DNA of 20,000 nt from sequence record SRR22947727_2045; one strand, 5' to 3'. Below, piece by piece: positions 8,812 to 17,338 of this stretch. Position 1 is the first letter of the stretch. Each line of letters starts with the position of its first letter. The notes beneath the pieces were generated by a model, which did no database searches, had not been told where the DNA came from, and saw only the letters and a program-made list of their open reading frames with translations. Both the position numbers and the translations under genes were made by a program.

Positions 8812-9972
8812 TCAGTACCGAACCTCGGTCCACGCACCCGAGGCGGCACTGGCTCGGATGGCGTCCGCGACGCACGCTCCGTGGTAGCCGTCGATGAAGG
8901 TTGGGTAGCGCGGCGCATCGGCGGGCTCACCGCGAGCGACATCGTCGTAAACGCTCGCGAAGAAAGCGGTGAAGGCCTCGGCGTACCCCTCGACGTGACC
9001 GCCCGGGTAGAACGCCACCGAGCGTGCCTCGTCGGACAGGTGCACGGGATCTTTCAGCAGGACCTCACTGGTTCGGCCGCGCCGACCGATCCACAACGTG
9101 TCGCTGGCTTCCGAACTCCACATCAACGCCCGTTGTGATCCGGCGAGCTCGAATCGCAGATCGTTCTTGCGGCCCGCCGACACCTGGGACACCGAGAACG
9201 AGCCGCGGGCGCCTCCCTCGAGACGCAACAGAACGCTGGCCGCATCGTCGGTGTCGATGGACACGGGTTCGCCCCCGGCTACGGATGCCCCGCTGAACGT
9301 CTCGACCTCCCCGTGCGGTCGGTACCGCACAGGGATGAACGTGTGCAGATCCGCGCACACCTCCGTGACGCGCCGCCCGGAGATCCACGACATCAGGTCC
9401 AGCCAGTGCGAGCCGATGTCGGCCACCGAACGCAGATCTCCCGCCCGCTCGGCGTCCAAGCGCCAATTCCAGTCCGTGTCCTCGAACAACCAATCCTGGT
9501 GATAGGACCCGGTGAGGAAGCGTGGCTCTCCCAGCTCGCCGGAGCGCATCATGGCGTGCGCTTCATGCATCAGCGGATAGAAGCGAAAGTTGAAGCAGGT
9601 CGCATGAACGACTCCGGCAGCCTGGGCTGCATCGACCATGGCGCCCGCGCTCGCAGAGTCCAACGCCATCGGCTTCTCGCAAATGACGTGCTTGCCTGCG
9701 TTGGCGACCGCGATCGCCTGGGATGCGTGCACATGGTTGGGGCTCGCGATGTGCACGACGTCGATATCGGGTTGCTCGAGTAGCTCCTCAAGATCGGAGT
9801 AGACGACCGGAACGCCCCAGGCCGTTGCCTTCTCTCGCGCCCGATCCGGGCTCGAACCGACGAGGCCCACCACCACTGCTCCGGCTCGTCGCGCGCACTC
9901 CACGTGCACTGCGCCGATCTGCCCGGTCCCGACGATGGCAACGGCGGGTGATACGTCCTTGGGTGCGTTCAT
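8812..9972 (-). CDS. Gfo/Idh/MocA family NAD(P)-dependent oxidoreductase (sugar/inositol dehydrogenase-like)
   Basis: Rossmann VAIVGTGQIG, AGKHVICEKP and catalytic DIGSH motifs. GAGG RBS before ATG 9972. Confidence 0.9.
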   Translation of the reverse strand: MNAPKDVSPAVAIVGTGQIGAVHVECARRAGAVVVGLVGSSPDRAREKATAWGVPVVYSDLEELLEQPDIDVVHIASPNHVHASQAIAVANAGKHVICEKPMALDSASAGAMVDAAQAAGVVHATCFNFRFYPLMHEAHAMMRSGELGEPRFLTGSYHQDWLFEDTDWNWRLDAERAGDLRSVADIGSHWLDLMSWISGRRVTEVCADLHTFIPVRYRPHGEVETFSGASVAGGEPVSIDTDDAASVLLRLEGGARGSFSVSQVSAGRKNDLRFELAGSQRALMWSSEASDTLWIGRRGRTSEVLLKDPVHLSDEARSVAFYPGGHVEGYAEAFTAFFASVYDDVARGEPADAPRYPTFIDGYHGACVADAIRASAASGAWTEVRY

Positions 9973-10107
9973 TGGTCGTCCTCATCGGTTGGGCGTGCCG
10001 AGTGAATCTAGCGGTCGTGGACTGGGGTTTTTGCGCATCGCGGGTTTTGGATCGCGTTACTCTCTGGTGGACCAGCACCCGGTGGACGCCGCACGTGAGG
10101 AGATGCC

Positions 10108-11400
10108 ATGACCGTGTCTGCTTCGCCCTCGGTGGAAGCGCTACCCCACTGGGAGGAGACCCCGGACGATCTCCCGGCCGCCATCCGCCAGATCAAGTCG
10201 GCCATCCGCGCGTCGATCGAGTCGAGCGGCCGATCGGTGGAGCAGGTCGCGCAGGCCCTCGAGGAGCGCATCGCCGAGCGCGTGCGGGTGATCGACGCGG
10301 CGAAGGCCGCGGGGGAGTCGATCTGGCCGGAGATCGACTTCGACGACATCGCGCAAGGCACCGTCACGAAGGCCCAACGAGATCTGGTCAAAGCGCGGGG
10401 GTGCCTGGTGGTGCGCGGCCACTTCGACCCTGAGCAGGCGTTGGAATGGGACCAGTCCATCCTTACCTACGTCGAAGGCAACCACTTCTTCGAGGACTAC
10501 CGGGGATCGGGGGACGACTTCTTCGCCTCGGTGGGTTCCCGTCCGGAGATCTACCCGATTTACTGGTCGCACGCCCAAATGCAGGCGCGGCAAAGCGACC
10601 GGATGGCCGCGGTGCAGTCCTTCATGAACAACCTCTGGACGAGCACATCGATGGATGTCGAGTGGTTCGACCCCGAGCGCGATTCCTTGTATCCGGATCG
10701 GATTCGGCGCCGACCCGAGGGCGCGGACTCTGCCGGCCTGGGAACACACATCGACACGGGAACGTTGGACTTGTGGATGACGAAGGCCTACCAGCGCGCT
10801 TTCCGTCACGTCTACGACGGCTCCATCGAAGAGTACGACCCGTGGGATGCGACGTTTCGAACCGAAGGACCCCAATACCCCGGTACGACGATGTGCTCGG
10901 CCTTTCGCACCTTCCAGGGCTGGACGGCGCTATCGGACATGGACTTCGACCAGGGTGTCCTGCACGCGATACCGATCCCCGAAACGATGGCGTACCTGCT
11001 GCTGCGTCCGATGTTGGACGACACCGACGATGACGACATGTGCGGCGTGATGGTCAACAAGGTGTTCCCGATCAACGAGAAGTGGCACGAGTTGCCGATG
11101 CAAGCCTTGAGTGGGATCCCGAGTGTGCGCGCCGGCGATTCGGTGTGGTGGCACTGCGATCTCGTGCACGGCGTTGCGCCGGTGTTCGATCAACAAGGCT
11201 GGGGCAACGTGATGTATATCCCGGCCGCCCCGTGGTGTCCGCGCAACCGGGAGTACGCGCCGATCGCGTTCGAGGCGTTCGCCACCGGGTCGAGCCCGAG
11301 CGACTTCCCATCGGAGCACTACGAGCGCCAGTGGCCGGATCGCTTCTCGGTCGAAGAGTTGAACGACCGCGGCCGCCGCGGCTTCGGCATCGCGGACTAA
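10108..11400 (+). CDS. DUF1479 (YbiU/Gig2) family putative Fe(II)/2-oxoglutarate oxygenase-like protein
   Basis: RGCLVVRG, IYPIYWSxAQxxARQ, YPDRIRRR, HID, CSAFRTFQGWTALS, GDSVWWHCDLVH, NVMYIPAAP. GAGGAG RBS. Confidence 0.88.
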   Translation: MTVSASPSVEALPHWEETPDDLPAAIRQIKSAIRASIESSGRSVEQVAQALEERIAERVRVIDAAKAAGESIWPEIDFDDIAQGTVTKAQRDLVKARGCLVVRGHFDPEQALEWDQSILTYVEGNHFFEDYRGSGDDFFASVGSRPEIYPIYWSHAQMQARQSDRMAAVQSFMNNLWTSTSMDVEWFDPERDSLYPDRIRRRPEGADSAGLGTHIDTGTLDLWMTKAYQRAFRHVYDGSIEEYDPWDATFRTEGPQYPGTTMCSAFRTFQGWTALSDMDFDQGVLHAIPIPETMAYLLLRPMLDDTDDDDMCGVMVNKVFPINEKWHELPMQALSGIPSVRAGDSVWWHCDLVHGVAPVFDQQGWGNVMYIPAAPWCPRNREYAPIAFEAFATGSSPSDFPSEHYERQWPDRFSVEELNDRGRRGFGIAD

Positions 11401-11418
11401 ACGGCACGGGAGCAGGAC

Positions 11419-11964
11419 ATGGCGGAAGTCTTCGACGGGATCGACGAACGGCTAGCCGAGTGGATCGCGGCGCAACCGTTGTTCTTCGTTGCCACCGCGC
11501 CGATGTCGGCAGCCGGGCACGTCAACTGCTCACCTAAGGGACTACCGGGCACGTTCGCGGTGCTCGATGAGAACGAGGTCGCCTACCTCGACCTCACCGG
11601 CAGCGGAGCGGAAACGATCGCCCACGTGAAGGAGAACGGCCGCATCGTGATCATGTTCTGTGCGTTCACCAAGCGTCCCCGGATCGTCCGGCTGCACGGC
11701 ACCGCACGAGTGGTCGAGGCGGGGAGTGCGGAGTTCTCCGAACTGGCCGATCGGTTCGCCGGTTACCTGGGCGCCCGCTCGATCGTGCGCATTGCCGTGG
11801 ACCGGGTGTCCGATTCCTGCGGCTACGGCGTCCCAGCAATGGAATTCGTTAGCGAGCGCGAGAACCTGCCCCTAGATCACGCAAAGCGCGGAGCCGACGG
11901 ACTCGAGACCTACCGGCAGGACAACAACACCGTCAGCCTCGACGGCCTGCCCGCGCTGCCCTAG
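11419..11964 (+). CDS. Pyridoxamine 5'-phosphate oxidase-like FMN-binding split-barrel protein
   Basis: FFVATAP, HVNCSPKG, YLDLTGSGAETIAH, ENGRIVIMFCAF and SCGYGVP motifs. Starts 18 nt after the DUF1479 stop, with an AGGA RBS. Confidence 0.85.
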   Translation: MAEVFDGIDERLAEWIAAQPLFFVATAPMSAAGHVNCSPKGLPGTFAVLDENEVAYLDLTGSGAETIAHVKENGRIVIMFCAFTKRPRIVRLHGTARVVEAGSAEFSELADRFAGYLGARSIVRIAVDRVSDSCGYGVPAMEFVSERENLPLDHAKRGADGLETYRQDNNTVSLDGLPALP

Positions 11965-12071
11965 ACCCGATCGTTGTCGCCCCCTGGGCTTACCAAGACC
12001 AGTGAGCCGAGCGTGTGCGGACGCTGTGCGGAATCCGACCGCGCCGTGGCCTGATTTGCAACAATCATCCG

Positions 12072-13811
12072 GTGGGAACAGTGAGCTGGCGTGATCGACT
12101 AGGCGGCCCATGGGCGTTCTCCTGGCGCGCCTCTCTCGTCGGCTCCGCACTGATTTCGCTGCTGATCATCGTGCGCGGCAGCGCGCTCAGCGGAAGTGAC
12201 CCGAGCCCGTCGGGGGTCATCGCCTGGGTAGGTGTCGCGCTCGTCGCGGTTGCGGCGAAATCGGCGTGGCAGTTCGGAGCGGATCGATCGATCCTGCAGC
12301 AGCGCCACCGCACGCAACTGTCCTTGACCCGTGTCTTCGTCTTTTACTCCATCTCCGGGCTGATCTTCGGCGTCGGCTTGGTGATCGCGGAGTTGTGGAT
12401 CAGCCCCGAAGGGTCGACGGCCTCGGCCGGCGACGCCATCGTGCGAGCAGTCGCCCTGGCCGCAGCGACGGTCTGCTGGTACATCCTCACCACGATCTTG
12501 TTCGATGCTCGTGAGCGCTTTTGGCGGCAACGCGAGCAGCTTCTCGAGGAACTAGTGGCTTCACAGATGGCGCAGATCCAAGAAGAGCAAGTGCTGGACG
12601 GCTTACGCGATCAGGTTCGCGCGGACCTGGAACAACCCCTCGCCGACGCCAAACTCCTCACCGCGACCGCGCTCCTCGAGAACGATGACTCCAGCTCGTC
12701 GGCGGTCCCGCAGCGTCTGCGCGAGCTGGCTTCCGGGTCGGTCCGATCGCTCAGCCACGAGATGATGGAGGAGCAGCAGCGCCACTACTCGCAAGGACGG
12801 CTGCGAGATGTGTGGAAGACCTTCGTGTTGGAGATTCGTTTCGCCATCGGGCCGGTGCTGATCCTGATCGTCATGGCCTACGCGATCGACACGGCGGTAC
12901 GCAACCAGTCGCAGGTCGGCATCGCGTCCACGATCGCGTTTTCGGTGGTCGGGGCTGGGTGCATGTGGTTGGCGAACAAAGCGATGGACCGGACGCCCAC
13001 ATGGCGGATCCCCATCTACACGATCACTTTCGTGGTGATGCTCGTGCTGGCGTTGATGCACGTGTCGGGCGTGACGTTCGCGGGAATGGTCGACGGTGAG
13101 TTGGCCACGATCGACATGTCCTGGGCCGAAGTTGGCTTTTTGGTGTTGTTGGCGTCGACCGGCTTGCTGGGCACCTCCTACGCCGCGGCGGTGTTGTCGA
13201 ATCGGGAGCAGGTGCTGGACCGGCTTCGCGAGGACGCGGACCTGTCGCTCGCGCAAGAAATCGCCAACGCTCAACGCCTAGCGTCCACCACCCGCCAACT
13301 GGGCTCTGAACTGCACGGCGCGTTACAGACCCGGCTGCTGGTGTGTGCCGGCGCCATCGATAGCGCGCTGGCGAACGAAGATGCCGACGCCCGGCGTGAT
13401 GCGTTGAACCAGGCGTGGGACGTGCTCAAGACACCGCTGGAATCACAACAGCAGGCCGGCTCCATCCAAGAATGCGTTGATCAGCGTGTCGCCGCATGGA
13501 CCGGTCTGCTGGATGTCCGCTGCAAAATGGCCGCGTCGATCGGCACGATCGGTGGCTCTCTCGCACGATCGGTGGACGTCGTCATCGAAGAAGGCTTAGC
13601 GAACGCCTACCGGCACGGGGATGCGACGCGCGTGGATGTGAACATTTGGGTCGACGGCAACGACATCGTGGTGGAGATCATCGATGACGGTCGCGGTCTG
13701 GGTGACATCATCTCCGGGATGGGATCGCAGCGGATGGCAGCCGTTGGTGCGTTGAGCCTGACGGCCCACACGGGGGGCGGGACTGCGTTGACCGTCGCTG
13801 TGTCGAGATAG
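12072..13811 (+). CDS. Multi-TM sensor histidine kinase-like protein (HisKA_3-like plus HATPase_c)
   Basis: About 8 TM segments, H-box-like ELHG (His codon 13314), N-box EEGLANAYRHG, G1 DDGRG, G2 GMG, G3 GGGT. Start uncertain; GTG 12072 sits 6 nt after TGC-AACAAT (leaderless-type). Confidence 0.72.
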   Translation: MGTVSWRDRLGGPWAFSWRASLVGSALISLLIIVRGSALSGSDPSPSGVIAWVGVALVAVAAKSAWQFGADRSILQQRHRTQLSLTRVFVFYSISGLIFGVGLVIAELWISPEGSTASAGDAIVRAVALAAATVCWYILTTILFDARERFWRQREQLLEELVASQMAQIQEEQVLDGLRDQVRADLEQPLADAKLLTATALLENDDSSSSAVPQRLRELASGSVRSLSHEMMEEQQRHYSQGRLRDVWKTFVLEIRFAIGPVLILIVMAYAIDTAVRNQSQVGIASTIAFSVVGAGCMWLANKAMDRTPTWRIPIYTITFVVMLVLALMHVSGVTFAGMVDGELATIDMSWAEVGFLVLLASTGLLGTSYAAAVLSNREQVLDRLREDADLSLAQEIANAQRLASTTRQLGSELHGALQTRLLVCAGAIDSALANEDADARRDALNQAWDVLKTPLESQQQAGSIQECVDQRVAAWTGLLDVRCKMAASIGTIGGSLARSVDVVIEEGLANAYRHGDATRVDVNIWVDGNDIVVEIIDDGRGLGDIISGMGSQRMAAVGALSLTAHTGGGTALTVAVSR

Positions 13812-13818
13812 TGGGGTC

Positions 13819-14322
13819 ATGACCAACCCCGTTGTGGTGCGCCGCGCCACGGTCGATGATCTGGCGGCAGCGTCCCGGATCAGTGTCGAGGCCTACGTCG
13901 GTGCCGGGCAACTCGATGACGGCCCGGACGGCTTCTACGGCACGGTGCTCGCCGACACCGGCTCCCGCCAGAGCGATGCGTTGCTGCTGGTGGCTGTTCG
14001 GCAGGGCCAGGTGGTGGGGACGGTGACGATCTGCCCGCCGGCATCACCGTTTCGGGAGATTGGCCGCGACGGAGAAGTCGAGTTCCGCTTCCTGGCTGTC
14101 GCGCCCGAGGCGTGGGGGTGCGGCGTGGGCAACGCTCTCGTGGCGGCGTGCGAGGAGCACGCGCGCTCGACCGGGTCGAATCGACTCGTGATTTGTGTCC
14201 GGGACATCAACGCAGCCGCGATGACGCTCTATGCACGTCACGGTTTCCAGCGCTTGCCCGATCGCGACTGGCATCCGGTTCCCGACGTCGCCCTCTTAGC
14301 CTTCGAGAAGAACCTGACCTGA
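13819..14322 (+). CDS. GNAT family N-acetyltransferase
   Basis: EFRFLAVAPEAWGCGVG (acetyl-CoA motif A), NAAAMTLYARHGF and RLPDRDW. Confidence 0.88.
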   Translation: MTNPVVVRRATVDDLAAASRISVEAYVGAGQLDDGPDGFYGTVLADTGSRQSDALLLVAVRQGQVVGTVTICPPASPFREIGRDGEVEFRFLAVAPEAWGCGVGNALVAACEEHARSTGSNRLVICVRDINAAAMTLYARHGFQRLPDRDWHPVPDVALLAFEKNLT

Positions 14323-14344
14323 CAGGTCAGCTCGCCTGCTGCAG

Positions 14345-14713
14345 TTATGCCTCGGGTATGCGAGCCAGGTGACGTTCCCGCACCGCCAGGAACAGCGGAA
14401 ACGTGAACGCGATAGCGGTGACGAACGAGGCGACGACATACAACCAGTACCAGCGAATCCCCAGGCGACGGCCCTCGATGATGATGAAGATCGATGCGGC
14501 GGCCGCGACGATCAAGAGATCGATCGACAGGGAACTGACCGCGGGGTTCGCGAACCACGCGGCGAAGAACGTATCCCCACCGGGTTCGACGACGCTGCGA
14601 ATGTTGAACCACGCGGTTCCGACCAGGCCGATAGCCGCTACCGCGAGGTAGAGCCAGAAAACCCCGGGCGGACGCGCAAGTGGTGTCGAGCCGCCATCAG
14701 CAGATGCGTTCAT
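14345..14713 (-). CDS. DUF2834-like small membrane protein
   Basis: Three hydrophobic segments with the pattern FANPAVSSLSIDLL...EGRRLG...AFTFPLFLAVRE. TACACT lies 8 nt upstream of the ATG. Confidence 0.72.
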   Translation of the reverse strand: MNASADGGSTPLARPPGVFWLYLAVAAIGLVGTAWFNIRSVVEPGGDTFFAAWFANPAVSSLSIDLLIVAAAASIFIIIEGRRLGIRWYWLYVVASFVTAIAFTFPLFLAVRERHLARIPEA

Positions 14714-14777
14714 GTCACGCGAGTGTAGGTGGTCACGGACTCCCGTACTGAGACCCGCAATCCAAAATCACATTCGG

Positions 14778-14802
14778 GATTCACGGACGAGATTCACGGA
14801 CG
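14778..14802 (+). repeat. Tandem direct repeat GATTCACGGACG x2 in a divergent promoter region
   Basis: Identical 12-mers at 14778-14789 and 14791-14802, plus a third partial copy TCACGGAC at 14733-14740. Confidence 0.7.
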
Positions 14803-14860
14803 GGAATCAGCAGCCATGATCGACGCTGCCGAGACTGTGAGACCTTCGTACACTGCCCAT

Positions 14861-15229
14861 ATGGGCGCGGTCTTGGTCTTCGATGGCGACTGCGGTTTCT
14901 GCACCGCGTGCGTGGAAATCACTCGGCGGTGGATCCGACCCAAAGTCGACATTCAACCGTGGCAATTCCTCAATCTCGCGGATTATGGACTAACCGAAGA
15001 GCAGTGCTCCGAGGCGGTGCAATTCGTCACCGCCGATGGCCGGATCCACTCGGGGAGTCGCGCGGTAACCGGCATGCTGCGAACAGCCAACCGCCCGTGG
15101 CCGTGGATCGCCGCACTCGCGGACACCCGCGGAATCGCACCCATCGCCGCGTCCGTGTACCGCCTGGTTGCCCGTAACCGCTACCGACTCCCGGGATCCA
15201 CACCCGCCTGCGCCGTGTCACCTCGATGA
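14861..15229 (+). CDS. DCC family thiol-disulfide oxidoreductase (DUF393)
   Basis: VLVFDGDCGFC (DxxCxxC) and YRLVARNRYRLPG motifs. Start moved to ATG 14861, 6 nt after TACACT (14849-14854). Confidence 0.85.
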   Translation: MGAVLVFDGDCGFCTACVEITRRWIRPKVDIQPWQFLNLADYGLTEEQCSEAVQFVTADGRIHSGSRAVTGMLRTANRPWPWIAALADTRGIAPIAASVYRLVARNRYRLPGSTPACAVSPR

Positions 15230-15975
15230 GTACCACCACCGACGACGCGAGTCGTTTCGGTGGTGTGTCGCCAGTGGCGCCCCCGGTCCCGGGGCCGTTC
15301 ATGTTCGACCAGCGGTGGGAGTCGGTGTTCTTCCTGCATTGGCCGGTCGATCCATCCGATGTCGCGCCCTTCATGCCGCCGGGAGTCAGACCGGATGAGT
15401 TCGACGGTGCGACGTACGTCGCGCTTGTTCCTTTCCGGATGTCGGGGGCCGGCCTGGGGCGAGGCCACCCGATGCCGTGGTGGGGGACGTTCGTGGAGTG
15501 CAACGTGCGGCTGTACTCGGTCGATGACGAGGGTAATCACGGCGTGGTGTTCCGAAGCCTGGAAGCCTCTCGGCTCGTCACCGCGCTGGCAGCACGCTGG
15601 GGTTACCGGCTGCCTTACACGTGGGCGTGGATGAGCGTTCGCCAGCGGGGCGATCACTGGTGGTGGCGATCCGAGCGACGACGCCCGCGCGGGGGAGGGT
15701 CCATGACCCTTCAGGCCCGCGTCGGTGAGCCGGTGGAGCCGACCGATTTGGAGGTGTTCCTCACCGCGCGGTGGGGGCTGCACTCCTACGCGGCCCGCTG
15801 CACCTGGTGGACCCCCAACCAGCACGCTCCGTGGCCCCTGTACTCGGCCGAGGTGCTTCACCTGGAGGAGGACCTCGTCCACCGCGCAGGGTTCGATGCG
15901 CAAGCGCAATCAATGCTGCGGCCGCTCTTCTCACCCGGCGTCTACACGACCTTTGGCCTGCCGCGCGCCCTGTGA
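15226..15975 (+). CDS. DUF2071 (YqjF) family protein
   Basis: QRWESVFFLHWPV, DEFDG...LVPFRM, FVECNVRLYS, GVVFRSLEA, FLTARWGL, HAPWPL. ATGA overlap with DUF393. Confidence 0.85.
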   Translation: MSTTTDDASRFGGVSPVAPPVPGPFMFDQRWESVFFLHWPVDPSDVAPFMPPGVRPDEFDGATYVALVPFRMSGAGLGRGHPMPWWGTFVECNVRLYSVDDEGNHGVVFRSLEASRLVTALAARWGYRLPYTWAWMSVRQRGDHWWWRSERRRPRGGGSMTLQARVGEPVEPTDLEVFLTARWGLHSYAARCTWWTPNQHAPWPLYSAEVLHLEEDLVHRAGFDAQAQSMLRPLFSPGVYTTFGLPRAL

Positions 15976-16015
15976 TGAGTCGATCTCTGGTGTGTGGCCA
16001 AGGGGATTACGTCAT

Positions 16016-16070
16016 CGCGCCCAGCTCCCGTAGTCAGCCGGCGGGTGACCGGATACGAGAGCTGGGCGCG
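16016..16070. terminator. Long hairpin between convergent genes; probable bidirectional terminator
   Basis: CGCGCCCAGCTCCCGTA (16016-16032) pairs with TACGAGAGCTGGGCGCG (16054-16070) at 16 of 17 positions, with an inner GTCA/TGAC stem. Confidence 0.6.
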
Positions 16071-16089
16071 TTGTCGGGGCTACGCGGGG

Positions 16090-16443
16090 TTACGCAGTGA
16101 AGGCGGAGATCAGTGCGTACGCGACACCTACCTGCACGATGATGGCGAGACCCAAGAACACGGGCCACGGTTGCTTCTTGAAGTCCCGTGCAAAAGGAGT
16201 GTCTTGCTCCTCCTCAGGAATGCTTTCGGACAGCAACTGAAGGCGGCGGATGGTGCCCAGCGACGTGACGAGCAGCCACAGTCCGATCACCACAGCACCG
16301 ACGATGCCGGCTGTTTGCGCCTTCCCGTCCAGTGACGCGGCCGCCATCAGTCCGAGAGGGAAAAGCAAGATGGTTGCGATCGTAATTACGCTGAGAAAGA
16401 TGACCTGGTCGCGGATGTAGTGCACGAAGGAACTGGAATTCAT
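16090..16443 (-). CDS. Hypothetical small membrane protein (3 TM, 117 aa)
   Basis: ATG 16443 (MNSSSF) preceded by GGGAGA. Three clear hydrophobic segments, with a charged loop before the last one. Confidence 0.65.
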   Translation of the reverse strand: MNSSSFVHYIRDQVIFLSVITIATILLFPLGLMAAASLDGKAQTAGIVGAVVIGLWLLVTSLGTIRRLQLLSESIPEEEQDTPFARDFKKQPWPVFLGLAIIVQVGVAYALISAFTA

Positions 16444-16639
16444 AATGTTCTCCCAATCGAAAGTCAACGGCAGGCTGCCGGTGAAAAGTACACTAGTTTT
16501 CTGGAACATGTGCGTGGGGGCTTTTGGGTAAATTGAGCACAGGCCACGCATCCACCAAAATCACGAGAGAGTGCCAGAGATAGTGCTGAAACCATGACGG
16601 CACCATCGGCGGCGCATCAACGTTCAATGAGTAACCGCG

Positions 16640-17104
16640 TCAGTCGGCCAGTCGCTCGACGTCTCGCCACTGTTGATTGCCCCCGAGCTTCTCGCAGTAC
16701 TGCTGCACTCCCGACCAGGCGCGCTCCCAGTCGGCTGATGTCTTGCTCGCGCGGTGAGCCCCCGATGCTCGTAGCGGCGTTTGAATCGCGTACCCGTCGA
16801 TGGTGATGGGTTCGCCGATGGCGGCTTCGACGGCCAAATCCCACGCGCGCGCCGATTGCGTCCACGGCCTGTCTGCATCGGTGATGAACTGATTGGTCCG
16901 CTGCGCGGCCTCGTCTCGGAACTGCTCGAGTTCCATGACGCCCGCGTCGCAGACGACCATCTGTAACTCGACCGCCGATGCAGCTGCTCGCTGCTGACTG
17001 GACTCTTTACCCTGCCACTGCCACAACAGGAGAAGAACAATGACGGCCAAACCTGTCACCACGCTCGCCGCGGCGAGGACCACGAGCCACGCTCGATCCT
17101 TCAT
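16640..17104 (-). CDS. Hypothetical single-TM anchored protein (154 aa)
   Basis: ATG 17104 after GAGGAG. N-terminal hydrophobic anchor followed by a helical domain with two Cys. Confidence 0.6.
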   Translation of the reverse strand: MKDRAWLVVLAAASVVTGLAVIVLLLLWQWQGKESSQQRAAASAVELQMVVCDAGVMELEQFRDEAAQRTNQFITDADRPWTQSARAWDLAVEAAIGEPITIDGYAIQTPLRASGAHRASKTSADWERAWSGVQQYCEKLGGNQQWRDVERLAD

Positions 17105-17242
17105 GGGGCTCCTCGCGGGAAGCGGCAATGGCGAGAAGGCCTGAACCTAACGCCGCCGCACGGGGCCTGCTTGTCGAGCTCGTGGCACGTGGCACGAGCA
17201 AGTAGTTCGCGCTGTCAAAGGCGCCTTGCCCCTTCGGGAAAG

Positions 17243-17338
17243 TCAGGCGCAGCCGCAGCCGGAGCAGCCGCAGCCGCCGTCGTTGGCTAGCTCCAACTCG
17301 TCTTTCGCGTCTTCGGTTTGAGTCTCTGGATTCGTCAT
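17243..17338 (-). CDS. Unannotated 31-aa Cys-rich microprotein MTNPETQTEDAKDELELANDGGCGCSGCGCA
   Basis: Hand translation: ATG at 17338, TGA at 17245-17243. TAGCCT -10 (17351-17346) lies 7 nt upstream (leaderless geometry). Fills an intergenic gap co-directional with both neighbours. Confidence 0.7.
   Translation of the reverse strand: MTNPETQTEDAKDELELANDGGCGCSGCGCA

Noticed and set aside
9844-9861. CCGGGCTCGAACCGACG resembles the tRNA T-arm sequence at 19984-20000 (possible att remnant)
   Set aside because: It lies in-frame inside the intact dehydrogenase gene (VGSSPD), has mismatches, and lacks the acceptor-stem part; most likely chance.
10044-10062. Possible LacI-type operator TTGGATCGCGTTAC in the dehydrogenase/DUF1479 divergent region
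   Set aside because: The dyad symmetry is too imperfect and no regulator gene is nearby; it cannot be supported.
17243-17338. Microprotein as mycofactocin precursor MftA (DGGCG versus IDGMCGVY)
   Set aside because: It lacks the essential C-terminal Val-Tyr, and no mftB/mftC genes are in the window.
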